From the IMG/VR virus record IMGVR_UViG_3300042465_005589, positions 1 through 64,000 of that record: a stretch of 64,000 bases of DNA. One strand, written 5' to 3'. How positions within the stretch are numbered: position 1 is the stretch's first letter; each line of letters begins with the position of its first letter. Position numbers and translations under genes: made by a program. Shown here piece after piece: positions 1-10,426 of this stretch. A model generated the notes under the pieces. That model worked only from the letters and a program-made list of their open reading frames with translations. It made no database searches and was not told the DNA's origin.

Positions 1-2466
1 CGCTAGTTCCTGAAGTACCGCTTGTACCTGAAGTACCATCTGTACCGCTAGTTCCTGAAGTACCGCTTGTACCTGAAGTACCATCTGTACCGCTAGTTCC
101 TGAAGTACCGCTTGTTCCCGAAGTTCCCGAAGTTCCCGAAGTACCATCTGTACCGCTAGTTCCTGAAGTACCGCTTGTCCCTGAAGTTCCTGAAGTACCA
201 TCTGTACCGCTAGTTCCCGAAGTACCATCTGTACCGCTAGTTCCTGATGAACCACTTGTACCTGAGGTACCTGTAGTACCACTTGTTCCACTTGCTCCGT
301 TAACACCTGAAGAACCGCTAGTTCCTGATGTTCCACTTGTACCTCCGGTACCATTCGTTCCCGAAGTTCCTGATGTACCGCTAGTTCCTGAAGTTCCTGA
401 AGTTCCTGATGTACCGCTTGTTCCCGAAGTTCCACTTGTACCTCCGGTACCATTCGTTCCTGAAGTACCGCTTGTTCCTGATGTACCTGAAGTACCATCT
501 GTACCGCTAGTTCCCGAAGTACCATCTGTACCGCTAGTTCCTGAAGTACCATCTGTACCGCTAGTTCCCGAAGTACCATCTGTACCGCTAGTTCCTGAAG
601 TACCGCTTGTTCCCGAAGTTCCTGAAGTTCCACTTGTACCTCCGGTACCATTCGTTCCTGAAGTACCGCTAGTTCCTGAAGTACCGCTAGTTCCTGTTGT
701 TCCCGAAGTTCCCGAAGTTCCCGAAGTACCATCTGTACCGCTTGTTCCCGAAGTTCCTGAAGTTCCACTTGTACCTCCGGTACCATTCGTTCCTGAAGTA
801 CCGCTTGTTCCTGATGTACCTGAAGTACCATCTGTACCGCTAGTTCCCGAAGTACCATCTGTACCGCTAGTTCCTGAAGTACCATCTGTACCGCTAGTTC
901 CCGAAGTACCATCTGTACCGCTAGTTCCTGAAGTACCGCTTGTTCCCGAAGTTCCTGAAGTTCCACTTGTACCTCCGGTACCATTCGTTCCTGAAGTACC
1001 GCTAGTTCCTGAAGTACCGCTAGTTCCTGTTGTTCCCGAAGTTCCCGAAGTTCCCGAAGTACCATCTGTACCGCTAGTTCCTGAAGTACCATCTGTACCG
1101 CTAGTTCCTGAAGTACCGCTTGTACCTGAAGTACCATCTGTACCGCTTGTACCTGAAGTACCATCTGTACCGCTAGTTCCTGAAGTACCGCTTGTTCCTG
1201 ATGTACCATCTGTACCGCTAGTTCCCGAAGTACCATCTGTACCGCTAGTTCCTGAAGTACCGCTTGTCCCTGAAGTACCGCTTGTCCCTGAAGTTCCTGA
1301 AGTACCATCTGTACCGCTAGTTCCCGAAGTACCATCTGTACCGCTAGTTCCTGAAGTACCGCTTGTACCTGAAGTACCATCTGTACCGCTTGTTCCTGAT
1401 GTTCCATCTGTTCCACTAGTACCTGAAGTACCATCTGTACCCGAAGTTCCATCTGAACCTGAAGTTCCACTAGTACCTGAAGTTCCGTCTGTCCCGCTCG
1501 TTCCTGAAGTACCTGAAGTACCTGAAGTACCATCCGTACCACTTGTTCCTGAAGTACCATCTGTACCCGAAGTTCCATCTGAACCTGAAGTTCCACTAGT
1601 CCCTGAAGTTCCGTCAGTACCGCTAGTTCCCGAAGTACCATCTGTACCACTTGTACCTGAAGTTCCGTCTGTTCCGCTAGTTCCCGAAGTTCCGTCTGTT
1701 CCGCTAGTACCTGAAGTACCATCTGTTCCGCTAGTACCTGAAGTACCATCTGTTCCGCTAGTACCTGAAGTACCATCTGTTCCGCTAGTACCCGAAGTAC
1801 CATCCGTACCACTTGTTCCACTTGTACCGTCTGAACCTGATGTACCACTAGTACCTGAAGTTCCATTATTACCTGAAGTACCCGAAGTACCTGAAGTACC
1901 ATCTGTACCACTAGTTCCTGAAGTTCCATCTGTTCCGCTAGTTCCTGAAGTTCCATCTGAACCTGAAGTTCCTGAAGACCCGTTATTACCTGATGTACCG
2001 CTAGTACCCGAAGACCCGTTATTACCTGATGTTCCACTAGTACCTGAAGTTCCATTATTACCTGAAGTACCCGAAGTACCTGAAGTACCATCTGTACCAC
2101 TAGTTCCTGAAGTTCCATCTGTTCCGCTAGTTCCTGAAGTTCCATCTGAACCTGAAGTTCCTGAAGACCCGTTATTACCTGATGTACCGCTAGTACCCGA
2201 AGACCCGTTATTACCTGATGTTCCACTCGTTCCCGAAGTTCCATCTGTCCCACTAGTACCGGAAGTTCCATCAGAACCTGAAGTCCCTGAAGACCCATTA
2301 TTACCTGATGTTCCACTTGTTCCCGAAGAACCATTATTACCTGAAGTTCCGCTTGTACCTGAAGTTCCACTTGTACCCGAAGTTCCTGTTGTTCCATTTG
2401 AACCACTAGTTCCATCCACACCACTAGTACCTGATGTTCCGTCAATACCACTTGTACCTGAAGTAC
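1..2466 (-). repeat. 9-bp-unit coding tandem repeat (Gly-Thr-Ser) with higher-order block duplications
   Basis: units such as cctgaagta/ccgctagtt/ccatctgta; near-exact blocks at ~428 and ~761 (period 333) and at ~1851 and ~2040 (period 189). Confidence 0.95.
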
Positions 2467-2800
2467 CGGCTTGAGCAATTAAACCCCAATTAAAATTAGT
2501 ATCCGGAGCACCTCCACCAGCAGGAATTATTGTTGTTGCAAGATATGAACTACCATTATAATAAACAACATCCCCATCATCATAATTAATTGAAGGAGAC
2601 CAAGTACCTTTCCAAATGAAACTTTTTCCACTTGTACCTGATGTACCCGAAGTACCGGAACTAAATTGTGCGGTTAAGGCTGAATAATATATGTAATTTG
2701 TTTGTCCGGTAGGTACCAGGTCATAGTTTACTATAACTAAAAGAGATTCCGGAAATGCCGAAAACGCTTGAGGTAACTGTGAAATAGGTATATTTGCCAT
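1..2800 (-). CDS. collagen-like (Gly-X-Y) fibre protein, partial (runs off the left edge); missing from ORF track
   Basis: ATG at 2800: MANIPISQLPQAFSAFPESLLVIVNYDLVPTGQTNYIYYSALTAQ..., a short module (WKGTWSPSINYDDGDVVYYNGSSY), then continuous GTS/GTD/GNN/GSS triplets; no in-frame stop seen. Confidence 0.85.
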   Translation of the reverse strand, partial: MANIPISQLPQAFSAFPESLLVIVNYDLVPTGQTNYIYYSALTAQFSSGTSGTSGTSGKSFIWKGTWSPSINYDDGDVVYYNGSSYLATTIIPAGGGAPDTNFNWGLIAQAGTSGTSGIDGTSGTSGVDGTSGSNGTTGTSGTSGTSGTSGTSGNNGSSGTSGTSGNNGSSGTSGSDGTSGTSGTDGTSGTSGTSGNNGSSGTSGTSGNNGSSGTSGSDGTSGTSGTDGTSGTSGTDGTSGTSGTSGNNGTSGTSGTSGNNGSSGTSGTSGNNGSSGTSGSDGTSGTSGTDGTSGTSGTDGTSGTSGTSGNNGTSGTSGTSGSDGTSGTSGTDGTSGTSGTDGTSGTSGTDGTSGTSGTDGTSGTSGTDGTSGTSGTDGTSGTSGTDGTSGTSGTDGTSGTSGTSGSDGTSGTDGTSGTSGTDGTSGTSGTSGTSGTDGTSGTSGTSGSDGTSGTDGTSGTSGTDGTSGTSGTDGTSGTSGTSGTSGTDGTSGTSGTDGTSGTSGTSGTSGTSGTSGTSGTDGTSGTSGTDGTSGTSGTSGTSGTDGTSGTSGTDGTSGTSGTSGTSGTDGTSGTSGTDGTSGTSGTSGTTGTSGTSGTSGTSGTNGTGGTSGTSGTSGTSGTSGTSGTDGTSGTSGTDGTSGTSGTDGTSGTSGTDGTSGTSGTSGTSGTNGTGGTSGTSGTSGTSGTDGTSGTSGTSGTTGTSGTSGTSGTSGTNGTGGTSGTSGTSGTSGTSGTSGTDGTSGTSGTDGTSGTSGTDGTSGTSGTDGTSGTSGTSGTSGTNGTGGTSGTSGTSGTSGTSGTSGTSGTSGTSGTNGTGGTSGTSGTSGSSGVNGASGTSGTTGTSGTSGSSGTSGTDGTSGTSGTDGTSGTSGTSGTSGTSGTDGTSGTSGTSGTSGTSGTSGTDGTSGTSGTSGTSGTDGTSGTSGTSGTS

Positions 2801-2862
2801 CTATATGTCTAAAGTTATTTATCCTATAAATACTTGTGAAATCAGTATTTACTCAACAAACT

Positions 2863-2899
2863 AAAAAAATAAATCCCCCCATTTAATTTGGGGGATTTA
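2863..2899 (-). terminator. intrinsic terminator
   Basis: taaatccccc/gggggattta stem with A7 tract on + (U tract on -), just past the stop of 2907..3542. Confidence 0.75.
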
Positions 2900-2906
2900 A
2901 TATTTG

Positions 2907-3542
2907 TTAATTATTATTTTTTTGAAAATAGTTTTCAATTCTACGGCTTAATCTTATTCTTGGGTCATTTTCATTTCTACCTAAAACATTGTATGGTACT
3001 AAAAAACCAAAACTTAAAAAAACTCTTCGAGAGTTAAACTCCTCTGTCCAATGTTTAAATAAAGACGCTTCAAAACAATATAAATCTTTTTGTTCTATAG
3101 TTGGGGATGATTTATCTATGAAAATTTTATAATCTTCAGATAAAACACTTATATTACATTTGTAATTAATGTATCCTTCAACAGATGCGTCGTAATGTGG
3201 TTGTATTCTACCACCTTTATTCATATCAACCGCTTGAAGAAATACATTGTCAAGAGGTATATTATTTTCCTTTGAAATTCTTTCAAAGATGTCCATTATA
3301 ATTTGTGGGACTTCTTGTTTTGAAACTTTAGAAACTGATTGAAAATTTGTAATGTAGTTTGTAAGTTCAGTATTTGAAATGTCTATAATACAAGATTTAC
3401 CCTTTAGTGCTTTTGAAATTTCACTTAAGTGATAATTGGGGTCACCATCTTCCGGATTTAACGAATCAACCCAACTAACGATTTGTAAAACCTCATCGTC
3501 ATTAATAAACCCTTTTACTATTTTATAATCTTCACTCCCCAT
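2907..3542 (-). CDS. 2OG-Fe(II) dioxygenase-like protein
   Basis: HxD (PHYD), distal H (FKHW) and R (SRRVFLS) pattern of the DSBH fold. Confidence 0.7.
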   Translation of the reverse strand: MGSEDYKIVKGFINDDEVLQIVSWVDSLNPEDGDPNYHLSEISKALKGKSCIIDISNTELTNYITNFQSVSKVSKQEVPQIIMDIFERISKENNIPLDNVFLQAVDMNKGGRIQPHYDASVEGYINYKCNISVLSEDYKIFIDKSSPTIEQKDLYCFEASLFKHWTEEFNSRRVFLSFGFLVPYNVLGRNENDPRIRLSRRIENYFQKNNN

Positions 3543-3766
3543 TTATTAAGGAATTCTTTTGGACCGATTCCTAACTCCATTATAGATAAGTTTTTTTTAT
3601 TGTAAATCAGCATCATTTTTTCTTCAGAACCGGCCATTGTACAAAACCAATGAGTTGCAGGTTCTTCTCCTGTTGGGGAACAAGGTATTTTCATAACATT
3701 TTTATTTACCCAAGATTCTCTAACTTGTTCTACCTTATCGTTTTCTGTTAAAATATTTATTCTCAT
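3518..3766 (-). CDS. hypothetical protein
   Basis: 82-aa ORF tightly packed in the minus-strand operon. Confidence 0.6.
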   Translation of the reverse strand: MRINILTENDKVEQVRESWVNKNVMKIPCSPTGEEPATHWFCTMAGSEEKMMLIYNKKNLSIMELGIGPKEFLNKWGVKIIK

Positions 3767-3767
3767 A

Positions 3768-4010
3768 TTATTTATTTTTTAATAAATTAAGGGATTCTTT
3801 CTTTTCTTCTCTTGACTTCGGTTTACTCTTAAACATATTAAAAACTTCCGTAATTTCTTCAGAAGTATATGTATTAAGTAATGTAGTTTTAGTGTCCTCA
3901 CACTCTCTGTGTGTCATTTCATAAGCATCTTTTGAGTTATCAACCCAAACATCATTTTCTAAAGATTGTAGAAACTTATTATCACTTTTTCTTTTAATAT
4001 ATTTTATCAT
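3768..4010 (-). CDS. hypothetical protein
   Basis: 80-aa ORF, 1-nt spacing to next gene, A-rich leader. Confidence 0.6.
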   Translation of the reverse strand: MIKYIKRKSDNKFLQSLENDVWVDNSKDAYEMTHRECEDTKTTLLNTYTSEEITEVFNMFKSKPKSREEKKESLNLLKNK

Positions 4011-4034
4011 TTTTTTTCAGTTTTAATTTTTTTA

Positions 4035-4997
4035 TTAGTCATTGAAAACATAAAATGTTAATGTGCTATTAGCACAGAACTGAGTTTCAAGATTTGTTGA
4101 CATAGTTAAAATTATGTTCCCACCATCGTCAGAAAACGTACCAAGAAAACTTGTATTAGTATCTGTATTCAATACGGTAACAACTTCAGATATGTCATTA
4201 ACAATAGTACCACCACTTGTGTAAAAAGATTGAATAAACATATCTCCACAATAAAACTCAACACTTACATTTGTGAAAGGAAATGATGTTGTAGTTCCAC
4301 TTATTACTGTTGGTGTGGTATCTAAATCTTGTAGAATTTGAATTTCAATCGAGTAGTAGTATAAACTATTGTCAACTGGTTCAGGAACACTTAAATCAAC
4401 AACAAAAAGAATAATACTATCGTCTTTCTCATTAAAATTATTAGGAAATATAAAAGTTTCTATTGGGTTAGGTCCAAAAATGGGTGTTTGATTCCCACCT
4501 AGAAGGAATGTTGAATTTCTATTAAAAGTATTATACAGTGGGCCTGTAGTTGAATTAAACCCTACATAAACTCCTGTAAAATCCTTAATCCACTCAATAT
4601 CGAATCCCAAGTTATTTTCTAATACTGTTACCACTAAAGTAGCACTAGATACTAAAGTAGAACCGTTATTCCAATTTGTTGGGGTTTCCCCTGTTGCAAT
4701 GAATATACATCCCGTTGTGTCTATAACTCCACTTGTTACATTAGCAATATTACTAAAACTATCACCACTAACATAATTGACTATCGTGTAAGTTTCACCT
4801 ATAATAAAACCACCATTAAGACCACCAAAATCATTTAAGGTTGTGCCGGTCTGAGAACCTATATCAGTTAATAACGCTTTGTAAGTCGCCAAATTTCCTG
4901 TTGTTACACCTGTAACACTTAAATTCCCATTTATGGTTACATTACCATTTATCGTTTGCCCCGATAAATTATCTACAATATATTTTGTTCTTGCCAT
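4035..4997 (-). CDS. putative virion fibre/structural protein
   Basis: T/G/N-rich, fibre-like TINGNVTINGNLSVTG repeat. Confidence 0.55.
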   Translation of the reverse strand: MARTKYIVDNLSGQTINGNVTINGNLSVTGVTTGNLATYKALLTDIGSQTGTTLNDFGGLNGGFIIGETYTIVNYVSGDSFSNIANVTSGVIDTTGCIFIATGETPTNWNNGSTLVSSATLVVTVLENNLGFDIEWIKDFTGVYVGFNSTTGPLYNTFNRNSTFLLGGNQTPIFGPNPIETFIFPNNFNEKDDSIILFVVDLSVPEPVDNSLYYYSIEIQILQDLDTTPTVISGTTTSFPFTNVSVEFYCGDMFIQSFYTSGGTIVNDISEVVTVLNTDTNTSFLGTFSDDGGNIILTMSTNLETQFCANSTLTFYVFND

Positions 4998-4999
4998 TA

Positions 5000-7600
5000 T
5001 TATTCGTTTATATTTATTATGTTTAATACATCACTTCCATCGTAGTAAGATAACCTATTTGATAATGCAGAATTTTTGAAGATATTACAAGTATATAACT
5101 CATAAACTGAAGGGTTTTGACTAATACTTGTAACCGTAATGATTACATCATCAGAATAAACGGATTCAACAATTATGGTTATGTCTTCCGTACTACCAAA
5201 CACATCTCCAGATATTGTTAATAGCTCTCCAACTAAATAACCTGTGCCTCCCTGATTTAACACTACACTACTAACTACTCCGCTAGTAACTGTAACATCA
5301 AAAGATGCGTTTTCACCACTACCCGTACCTTGTGCAAATATATTAGGATATGAACCTGTAACCCCTGTTATTCCAATCCCATTCCCTGAAAATGTAGTAA
5401 TAACACCTGTGTCACCACCAATAGATGTACCTAATATTGTTATTGTATCACCAATAACATATAATTCACCCGCGTTGTTTATAGTAACCCCCGTTACAGT
5501 CCCACCTGAAACCACAATAGTAAATGTTGCGTTAACACCTAAACCGTTAGTTGTACCTGCAATGGCCGTGTATGTATTATTAGTTGTCCCTGTTCCTAAA
5601 TCATTATAAGTAATGCCACTTATGTTCCCATAATTTGTTGTAAAATCAACATTATTTACATAGGTATCAACAATATTCCATTGAAAATAATCACCAATAA
5701 TATTGTTATAGAAGTTATCAGGAATTGTATTGTTGTAAAAGTATTCACCAATAGTATTATTATTAAAATAATTTCCAATTCTATTTCCCTGATTATATGA
5801 ACCTCCAAAACCAAATCCATCTTGAATATCATTACTTCTAAAATCTGTTCCCAGTGTATTGTACGAAAATGAACCATAACAAGTATTAAATTCAAAATAA
5901 TCTCCGATATTGTTATGTATTGTGACTCCACTAAAAGTATTAGGCACACACCCAAATCCTATATTATTATATCCAAACTCCTCAAATATATCATTACCCT
6001 TAAAATCTGTTTTAATTTGGTTACTCCAAAAATTACCTTGAATGTCGTTACCCTTAAAATTATTCATAATTTGGTTGTTTTCAAAAGTAAGTAAGTTGTC
6101 AACTCCACCAATTGTGTTTAGATTGAAACCATTTAATATTGAATTTTTTCTAAAGTCAAAATATATGGTATTAGCATTAAAATCATCACCTATACTATTT
6201 GAGTAGAAAGAGTTTGGTATGATATTGTCATAAAAATTATCACCTATAAAATTGTCATTAAAGGACTGATTAATAATTAGGTTTTGAGAAAAGTCACCGA
6301 CAATAGTATTGTTTTGGAATCCACTATCTATGAGGTTATTATTAAAGCTGTCCCCAATATTATTATTTTGAAAATCGCTATTATTAAACGTTAAGAAATT
6401 ATTTGTGAAATATGAACCTATTCGGTTAAAATCAAAATCTTGTCCATCGGCATCTCCTAACATATTATGTTGAAAATAGTTACCAATCTGATTTGAGTCC
6501 ATATCACAATCAATAATGTTGTATTGAAAATATGAACCTATAATATTTCCGTCAAAATTATTTGTTATTATATTATATTGACAATACGGTCCGACTATAT
6601 TTGAGTTCATAACATCATTGAAGGTATTACCTACCACATTTCCACCGAATGTGTTATTTTCATATGGCCCACTTAAAAATACGTTATTTGATAATATGAA
6701 AATATTATAATCAATATTATTCCCCAAGTATGTGTTATAATTATTCCCATCATTAAATGTATAATACTCCGCAAATTCATCATTAGTTGTTCCTGTGATA
6801 TTACATTGGAATGGATTCATATAGTTAGGTAATCTTATCCCCGCAGAATAATAGACATTACTCACATTTGCTAATGTTCTACCTGTGACATACATTTCAA
6901 CATTACTAACTATCGACGAAATTTCATAATATTGGAAACTAGCTGTCCCATTAATACCAGATGAGTAAACTCCAAAAATATCACCAACAGTAAAATCAGT
7001 TGTGAATGATGTTCCTGATTGTGCTGTAGTAACTTGTCCGGTTGTACCATCCAAATTAATTTTACCATTATAGAATTGTTCTGAAAAATAACCAACATAT
7101 CTTATAAATTGAACCGCTCTGAAATCATAGTCGGCTCTGTTATTAAATTGGTCAATTCTTTCAGTAATTCTACCTTTAGCCGGTCCACCTGTTACTTCTG
7201 TTATATTCCAAGTTATATCGTAAGATATTTTGTCTTGTGGGTGTAATGTTGAGTATACCGTAGGGGAGAATCCTGTTGTTGATATCGCTAACAATAATAT
7301 AGGTTCTGTTGACCCTGTCTTATAATTACCGGTAGCTATTGGGGTACCATTAACATCATAGTTTGGTTGGTCGTAACACGTTTGGAAGTCAGTCATTAAA
7401 TAATAACTTCCTGCGGTTAGTGTTTCACCTGTGGCGAATGAATATAACTCATCGTAAGTTCCTTCGTTATAGTTTGAATTAGTGAATGCCGAATATGCTA
7501 TATGGTATGTATCCCCGCTCAATTCTACGGGAAATAATGTATCGTTTGTTAGAAATTGTAAAAGAGATAATTCTCCGATTGTTTTACCTGTTAATGCCAT
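5000..7600 (-). CDS. putative tail fibre/spike with parallel beta-helix repeats
   Basis: many ~11-aa NxIGxxFxxN repeats; C-terminal beta-rich repeats (GELYVIGDTITI, GTGYLVGELLTI). Confidence 0.7.
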   Translation of the reverse strand: MALTGKTIGELSLLQFLTNDTLFPVELSGDTYHIAYSAFTNSNYNEGTYDELYSFATGETLTAGSYYLMTDFQTCYDQPNYDVNGTPIATGNYKTGSTEPILLLAISTTGFSPTVYSTLHPQDKISYDITWNITEVTGGPAKGRITERIDQFNNRADYDFRAVQFIRYVGYFSEQFYNGKINLDGTTGQVTTAQSGTSFTTDFTVGDIFGVYSSGINGTASFQYYEISSIVSNVEMYVTGRTLANVSNVYYSAGIRLPNYMNPFQCNITGTTNDEFAEYYTFNDGNNYNTYLGNNIDYNIFILSNNVFLSGPYENNTFGGNVVGNTFNDVMNSNIVGPYCQYNIITNNFDGNIIGSYFQYNIIDCDMDSNQIGNYFQHNMLGDADGQDFDFNRIGSYFTNNFLTFNNSDFQNNNIGDSFNNNLIDSGFQNNTIVGDFSQNLIINQSFNDNFIGDNFYDNIIPNSFYSNSIGDDFNANTIYFDFRKNSILNGFNLNTIGGVDNLLTFENNQIMNNFKGNDIQGNFWSNQIKTDFKGNDIFEEFGYNNIGFGCVPNTFSGVTIHNNIGDYFEFNTCYGSFSYNTLGTDFRSNDIQDGFGFGGSYNQGNRIGNYFNNNTIGEYFYNNTIPDNFYNNIIGDYFQWNIVDTYVNNVDFTTNYGNISGITYNDLGTGTTNNTYTAIAGTTNGLGVNATFTIVVSGGTVTGVTINNAGELYVIGDTITILGTSIGGDTGVITTFSGNGIGITGVTGSYPNIFAQGTGSGENASFDVTVTSGVVSSVVLNQGGTGYLVGELLTISGDVFGSTEDITIIVESVYSDDVIITVTSISQNPSVYELYTCNIFKNSALSNRLSYYDGSDVLNIININE

Positions 7601-7638
7601 AATTTGTTTTTTATTTTATAAATATTTTTAATTTTATT

Positions 7639-8133
7639 TTAATACATTAAATAAAAATTATCACCAACAATAATATATTCATCATTTTCAGTTATAATTG
7701 GATTAATTAAAATGTCAATTGGTGTTGAAGGTGTAGGAGTTGGTGTAGGAGTGCTTGTCAATGTTGGTGTTGGGGTACTTGTAAATGTAGGTGTCGGTGT
7801 GAGTGTTGGAAATGGAACACATTTTGTTTCAGTTGGTGTTGGAGTAGGCGTAGATGTTGGGGTTGGTGTTGGAGTTCTTGTTTGAGTTGGGGTTGGTGTT
7901 GGAGTAGGTCTAACAACATTTAATATATTTGGACATTCAATACCGTTTACAATAACAACAATTGTGTAAACACCATAAACATCTATAGGTGGAGTTAATA
8001 AATAAGGTCTAAACAAAAATGGTAATGTTTGTTGCCCCAAATTAATTACTACATTATCAACATCAGGGGTAAAGATTATATTAGCAATCTCCCCGTCGTA
8101 ATTTATACTATTAATTGTTATTGATTGTGACAT
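7639..8133 (-). CDS. Thr-Pro repeat (mucin-like) structural protein
   Basis: two (TP)n tracts; C-terminal [12 protein letters not shown] motif. Confidence 0.6.
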   Translation of the reverse strand: MSQSITINSINYDGEIANIIFTPDVDNVVINLGQQTLPFLFRPYLLTPPIDVYGVYTIVVIVNGIECPNILNVVRPTPTPTPTQTRTPTPTPTSTPTPTPTETKCVPFPTLTPTPTFTSTPTPTLTSTPTPTPTPSTPIDILINPIITENDEYIIVGDNFYLMY

Positions 8134-8150
8134 ATTAAATTACTTATTGA

Positions 8151-10376
8151 TTATATTATTGTTGTTGTAACAGGAATTGTCGTTGTTGTTGTGGTTGAAA
8201 TATTCCCTATTGTGTATGTGAAATCATCCGGAGGACAAATTTCAGTACTACAATCAGGACAATCAGGGTTAAACATTCTAAACGTATTTTTCAATATATT
8301 AAAATTGTGTTTAACTTCCGGAGCCGATAATGGTGTTACATACATTCTAAATTGAGAAATACCCCCTTCAAATGTTCCTGCGAAATTTTGTTCAATAACA
8401 ATATTTGTATTCATTCCATTAAATGTAGTTCCCGTTAAATCATTAACAGGAAAACATTCAGGGTCTTGTTGATATGGTCCATAAGGTAATGTACAAGATG
8501 AAAATGTTAAATTTTCTCTCAATCCTTGAGTCCCTCCACCCCATGATATATTAAATGGAACACCAACTTGTTTTTCTTTATCCGTACTTAAAGCTCTTGG
8601 AATAATTTCTTCAAAATCTTCAATCGTGTAAAATATTTTACCATTGATATAAATTTTTAATCTTCCTCTTCTATATTTTTTTTCATCTAACCATCTTTCG
8701 TTTAAATTAACTAATTCAATTTTTGATGGTTCAATACCGTCAGGTTGTGTATAAGGTACTGTAATTAATGATATTGAATTATGTGCCAATGACTCCAAAT
8801 ATTTCTCTTGAGTTATAATCCCCAAACCACCACGATACCATAAATCGCAATCATCTAACCAAGTGTATCTTTCCCATACAGCATCTAATTGAAACCAGTG
8901 TTCTTCTTCTAACCAAGCCGGGTTATCAACTAAACAAGTTGGGTAAATTCCACCAGGAGAACAATATTCTGTTACCGTATACCCTGTAGTATATGTAATT
9001 CCACTAGTTGAACAACTTCCACTAGTTTCACACCCTCCTGTAAATCTTAAAACTTTAACACCTATCTGAGGATTTTTAGGGTCTCCACATAATTTAAACG
9101 ATAATGCGTTTGACATCGCATCATATAATGGATTTGTCTCACACGTATACTCTATTGACGTAAACCCTGTTGGTTTACAGGTTAAACAATTTCCAAAATC
9201 ATAACATGTTGAACAACTATAACAAGTGTTAGTACACACAGGCGTTACAGAGTCACAATTTGTTGGTGTTGATGTTGGACTCGGAGTAGGTGTAGGTGTA
9301 GGTTCTATAATTGAACCACAAGTATGAGTTTGACATTCCCAACCACAAGTTTCACATGGACCTAAATTACAATCACAACCACAGGTTATTTTTTGTTGAG
9401 GGTTACCGTTACACTCATCACAACCATAATTAACGTGTGGGTCATGAATATTATCTAAAGACCTTGGCGGATATACGTAGATACATCGACTATTAGTTAT
9501 TGTTCTATTACAACACGCACAAGTTTGAATACAATTATATAAATCTGAAGTTACACGAGTATATCCTGTAAAACAATTAGGGTGACCATCGGCATGATGA
9601 TAAAATTTATTTTCAGCTCTTGCCCCTAAATAAAAAAATATGTTTTTATTCTGAGGATAAATCTCGTTTAATGTTGTTTCATCTGATGATGGTGCGTATT
9701 CGTTGTATAATCTTGGTTTTAATAACATTTCAACAGACCATCCTCTGTTCATTCTTTCGGGAAATATTTCATAGTCATACCCAAATAACTTATAGAAACC
9801 TTGATAAAAACCTCCATATAATTCATGGTATCTACCTTCATAAGGACTATACTTACTTACAACTTCATATAAAACAGTTTTATTAAATCCTGAAAATCTA
9901 ACATTAGGTGATTGAGTATTACCTGTAACTTGGAATAATTTTAATCTTCTATCAAAATGTAATCTATCAAATTTTAAATAATCTGAAAATATTCCTTCTG
10001 TAAAAGTTATAGTTTCTCCGGTCATTTTGGTCACTAAACCATTATCAATTCCTGTTAACCCTATATCACAAGATGTGTGAGAATTAAAACAAGTTATATC
10101 CAATTCTTTAGGGTTATAATAATTTTGAGAAACAAAAATATTGTTTTGATTATAACTTTTATAATTTAATGTTAAATCTTGAACACAAGAAGGGTTATCA
10201 ATGTCAAAATAAAATGGTAATCTATTACCATAGGTCTGAGCAATCAAATATGGGGAGAACACAACCTCTTGATTGTAGTCTCTTTCATCGGATGTTATAG
10301 ACATATCATAGGATTCTAAAGCAAAATTTAGACCCCAATTTGGATAGACGTATTGATTTATATTTTGTTGTGCCAT
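8151..10376 (-). CDS. Cys-rich putative virion protein (possible interrupted LamG/concanavalin-like fold)
   Basis: WSVEMLLKP...LKIYING...FEGGISQFRMY...LSAPEV LamG-like strands flanking a Cys-rich, PTPTP-containing insert. Confidence 0.55.
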   Translation of the reverse strand: MAQQNINQYVYPNWGLNFALESYDMSITSDERDYNQEVVFSPYLIAQTYGNRLPFYFDIDNPSCVQDLTLNYKSYNQNNIFVSQNYYNPKELDITCFNSHTSCDIGLTGIDNGLVTKMTGETITFTEGIFSDYLKFDRLHFDRRLKLFQVTGNTQSPNVRFSGFNKTVLYEVVSKYSPYEGRYHELYGGFYQGFYKLFGYDYEIFPERMNRGWSVEMLLKPRLYNEYAPSSDETTLNEIYPQNKNIFFYLGARAENKFYHHADGHPNCFTGYTRVTSDLYNCIQTCACCNRTITNSRCIYVYPPRSLDNIHDPHVNYGCDECNGNPQQKITCGCDCNLGPCETCGWECQTHTCGSIIEPTPTPTPSPTSTPTNCDSVTPVCTNTCYSCSTCYDFGNCLTCKPTGFTSIEYTCETNPLYDAMSNALSFKLCGDPKNPQIGVKVLRFTGGCETSGSCSTSGITYTTGYTVTEYCSPGGIYPTCLVDNPAWLEEEHWFQLDAVWERYTWLDDCDLWYRGGLGIITQEKYLESLAHNSISLITVPYTQPDGIEPSKIELVNLNERWLDEKKYRRGRLKIYINGKIFYTIEDFEEIIPRALSTDKEKQVGVPFNISWGGGTQGLRENLTFSSCTLPYGPYQQDPECFPVNDLTGTTFNGMNTNIVIEQNFAGTFEGGISQFRMYVTPLSAPEVKHNFNILKNTFRMFNPDCPDCSTEICPPDDFTYTIGNISTTTTTTIPVTTTII

Positions 10377-10386
10377 CTTTTTTATG

Positions 10387-10413
10387 ATAAATACATTAAA
10401 ACGAAGTATTTAT
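10387..10413. promoter_or_regulatory. back-to-back putative late promoter motifs (TATTTAT in gene sense)
   Basis: ATAAATA 10387-10393 serves the minus gene starting at 10376; TATTTAT 10407-10413 serves the plus gene starting at 10427. Confidence 0.6.
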
Positions 10414-10426
10414 ATGAAAAAGTTAT

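Noticed and set aside
1-2466. Repeat array as CRISPR or non-coding satellite
   Set aside because: No unique spacers; 9-bp periodicity with synonymous third-position variation in an open minus-strand frame shows it is coding.
2907-3542. 2OG oxygenase as prolyl hydroxylase for the neighbouring collagen-like protein
   Set aside because: The visible Gly-X-Y tract contains essentially no proline, and a terminator separates the genes.
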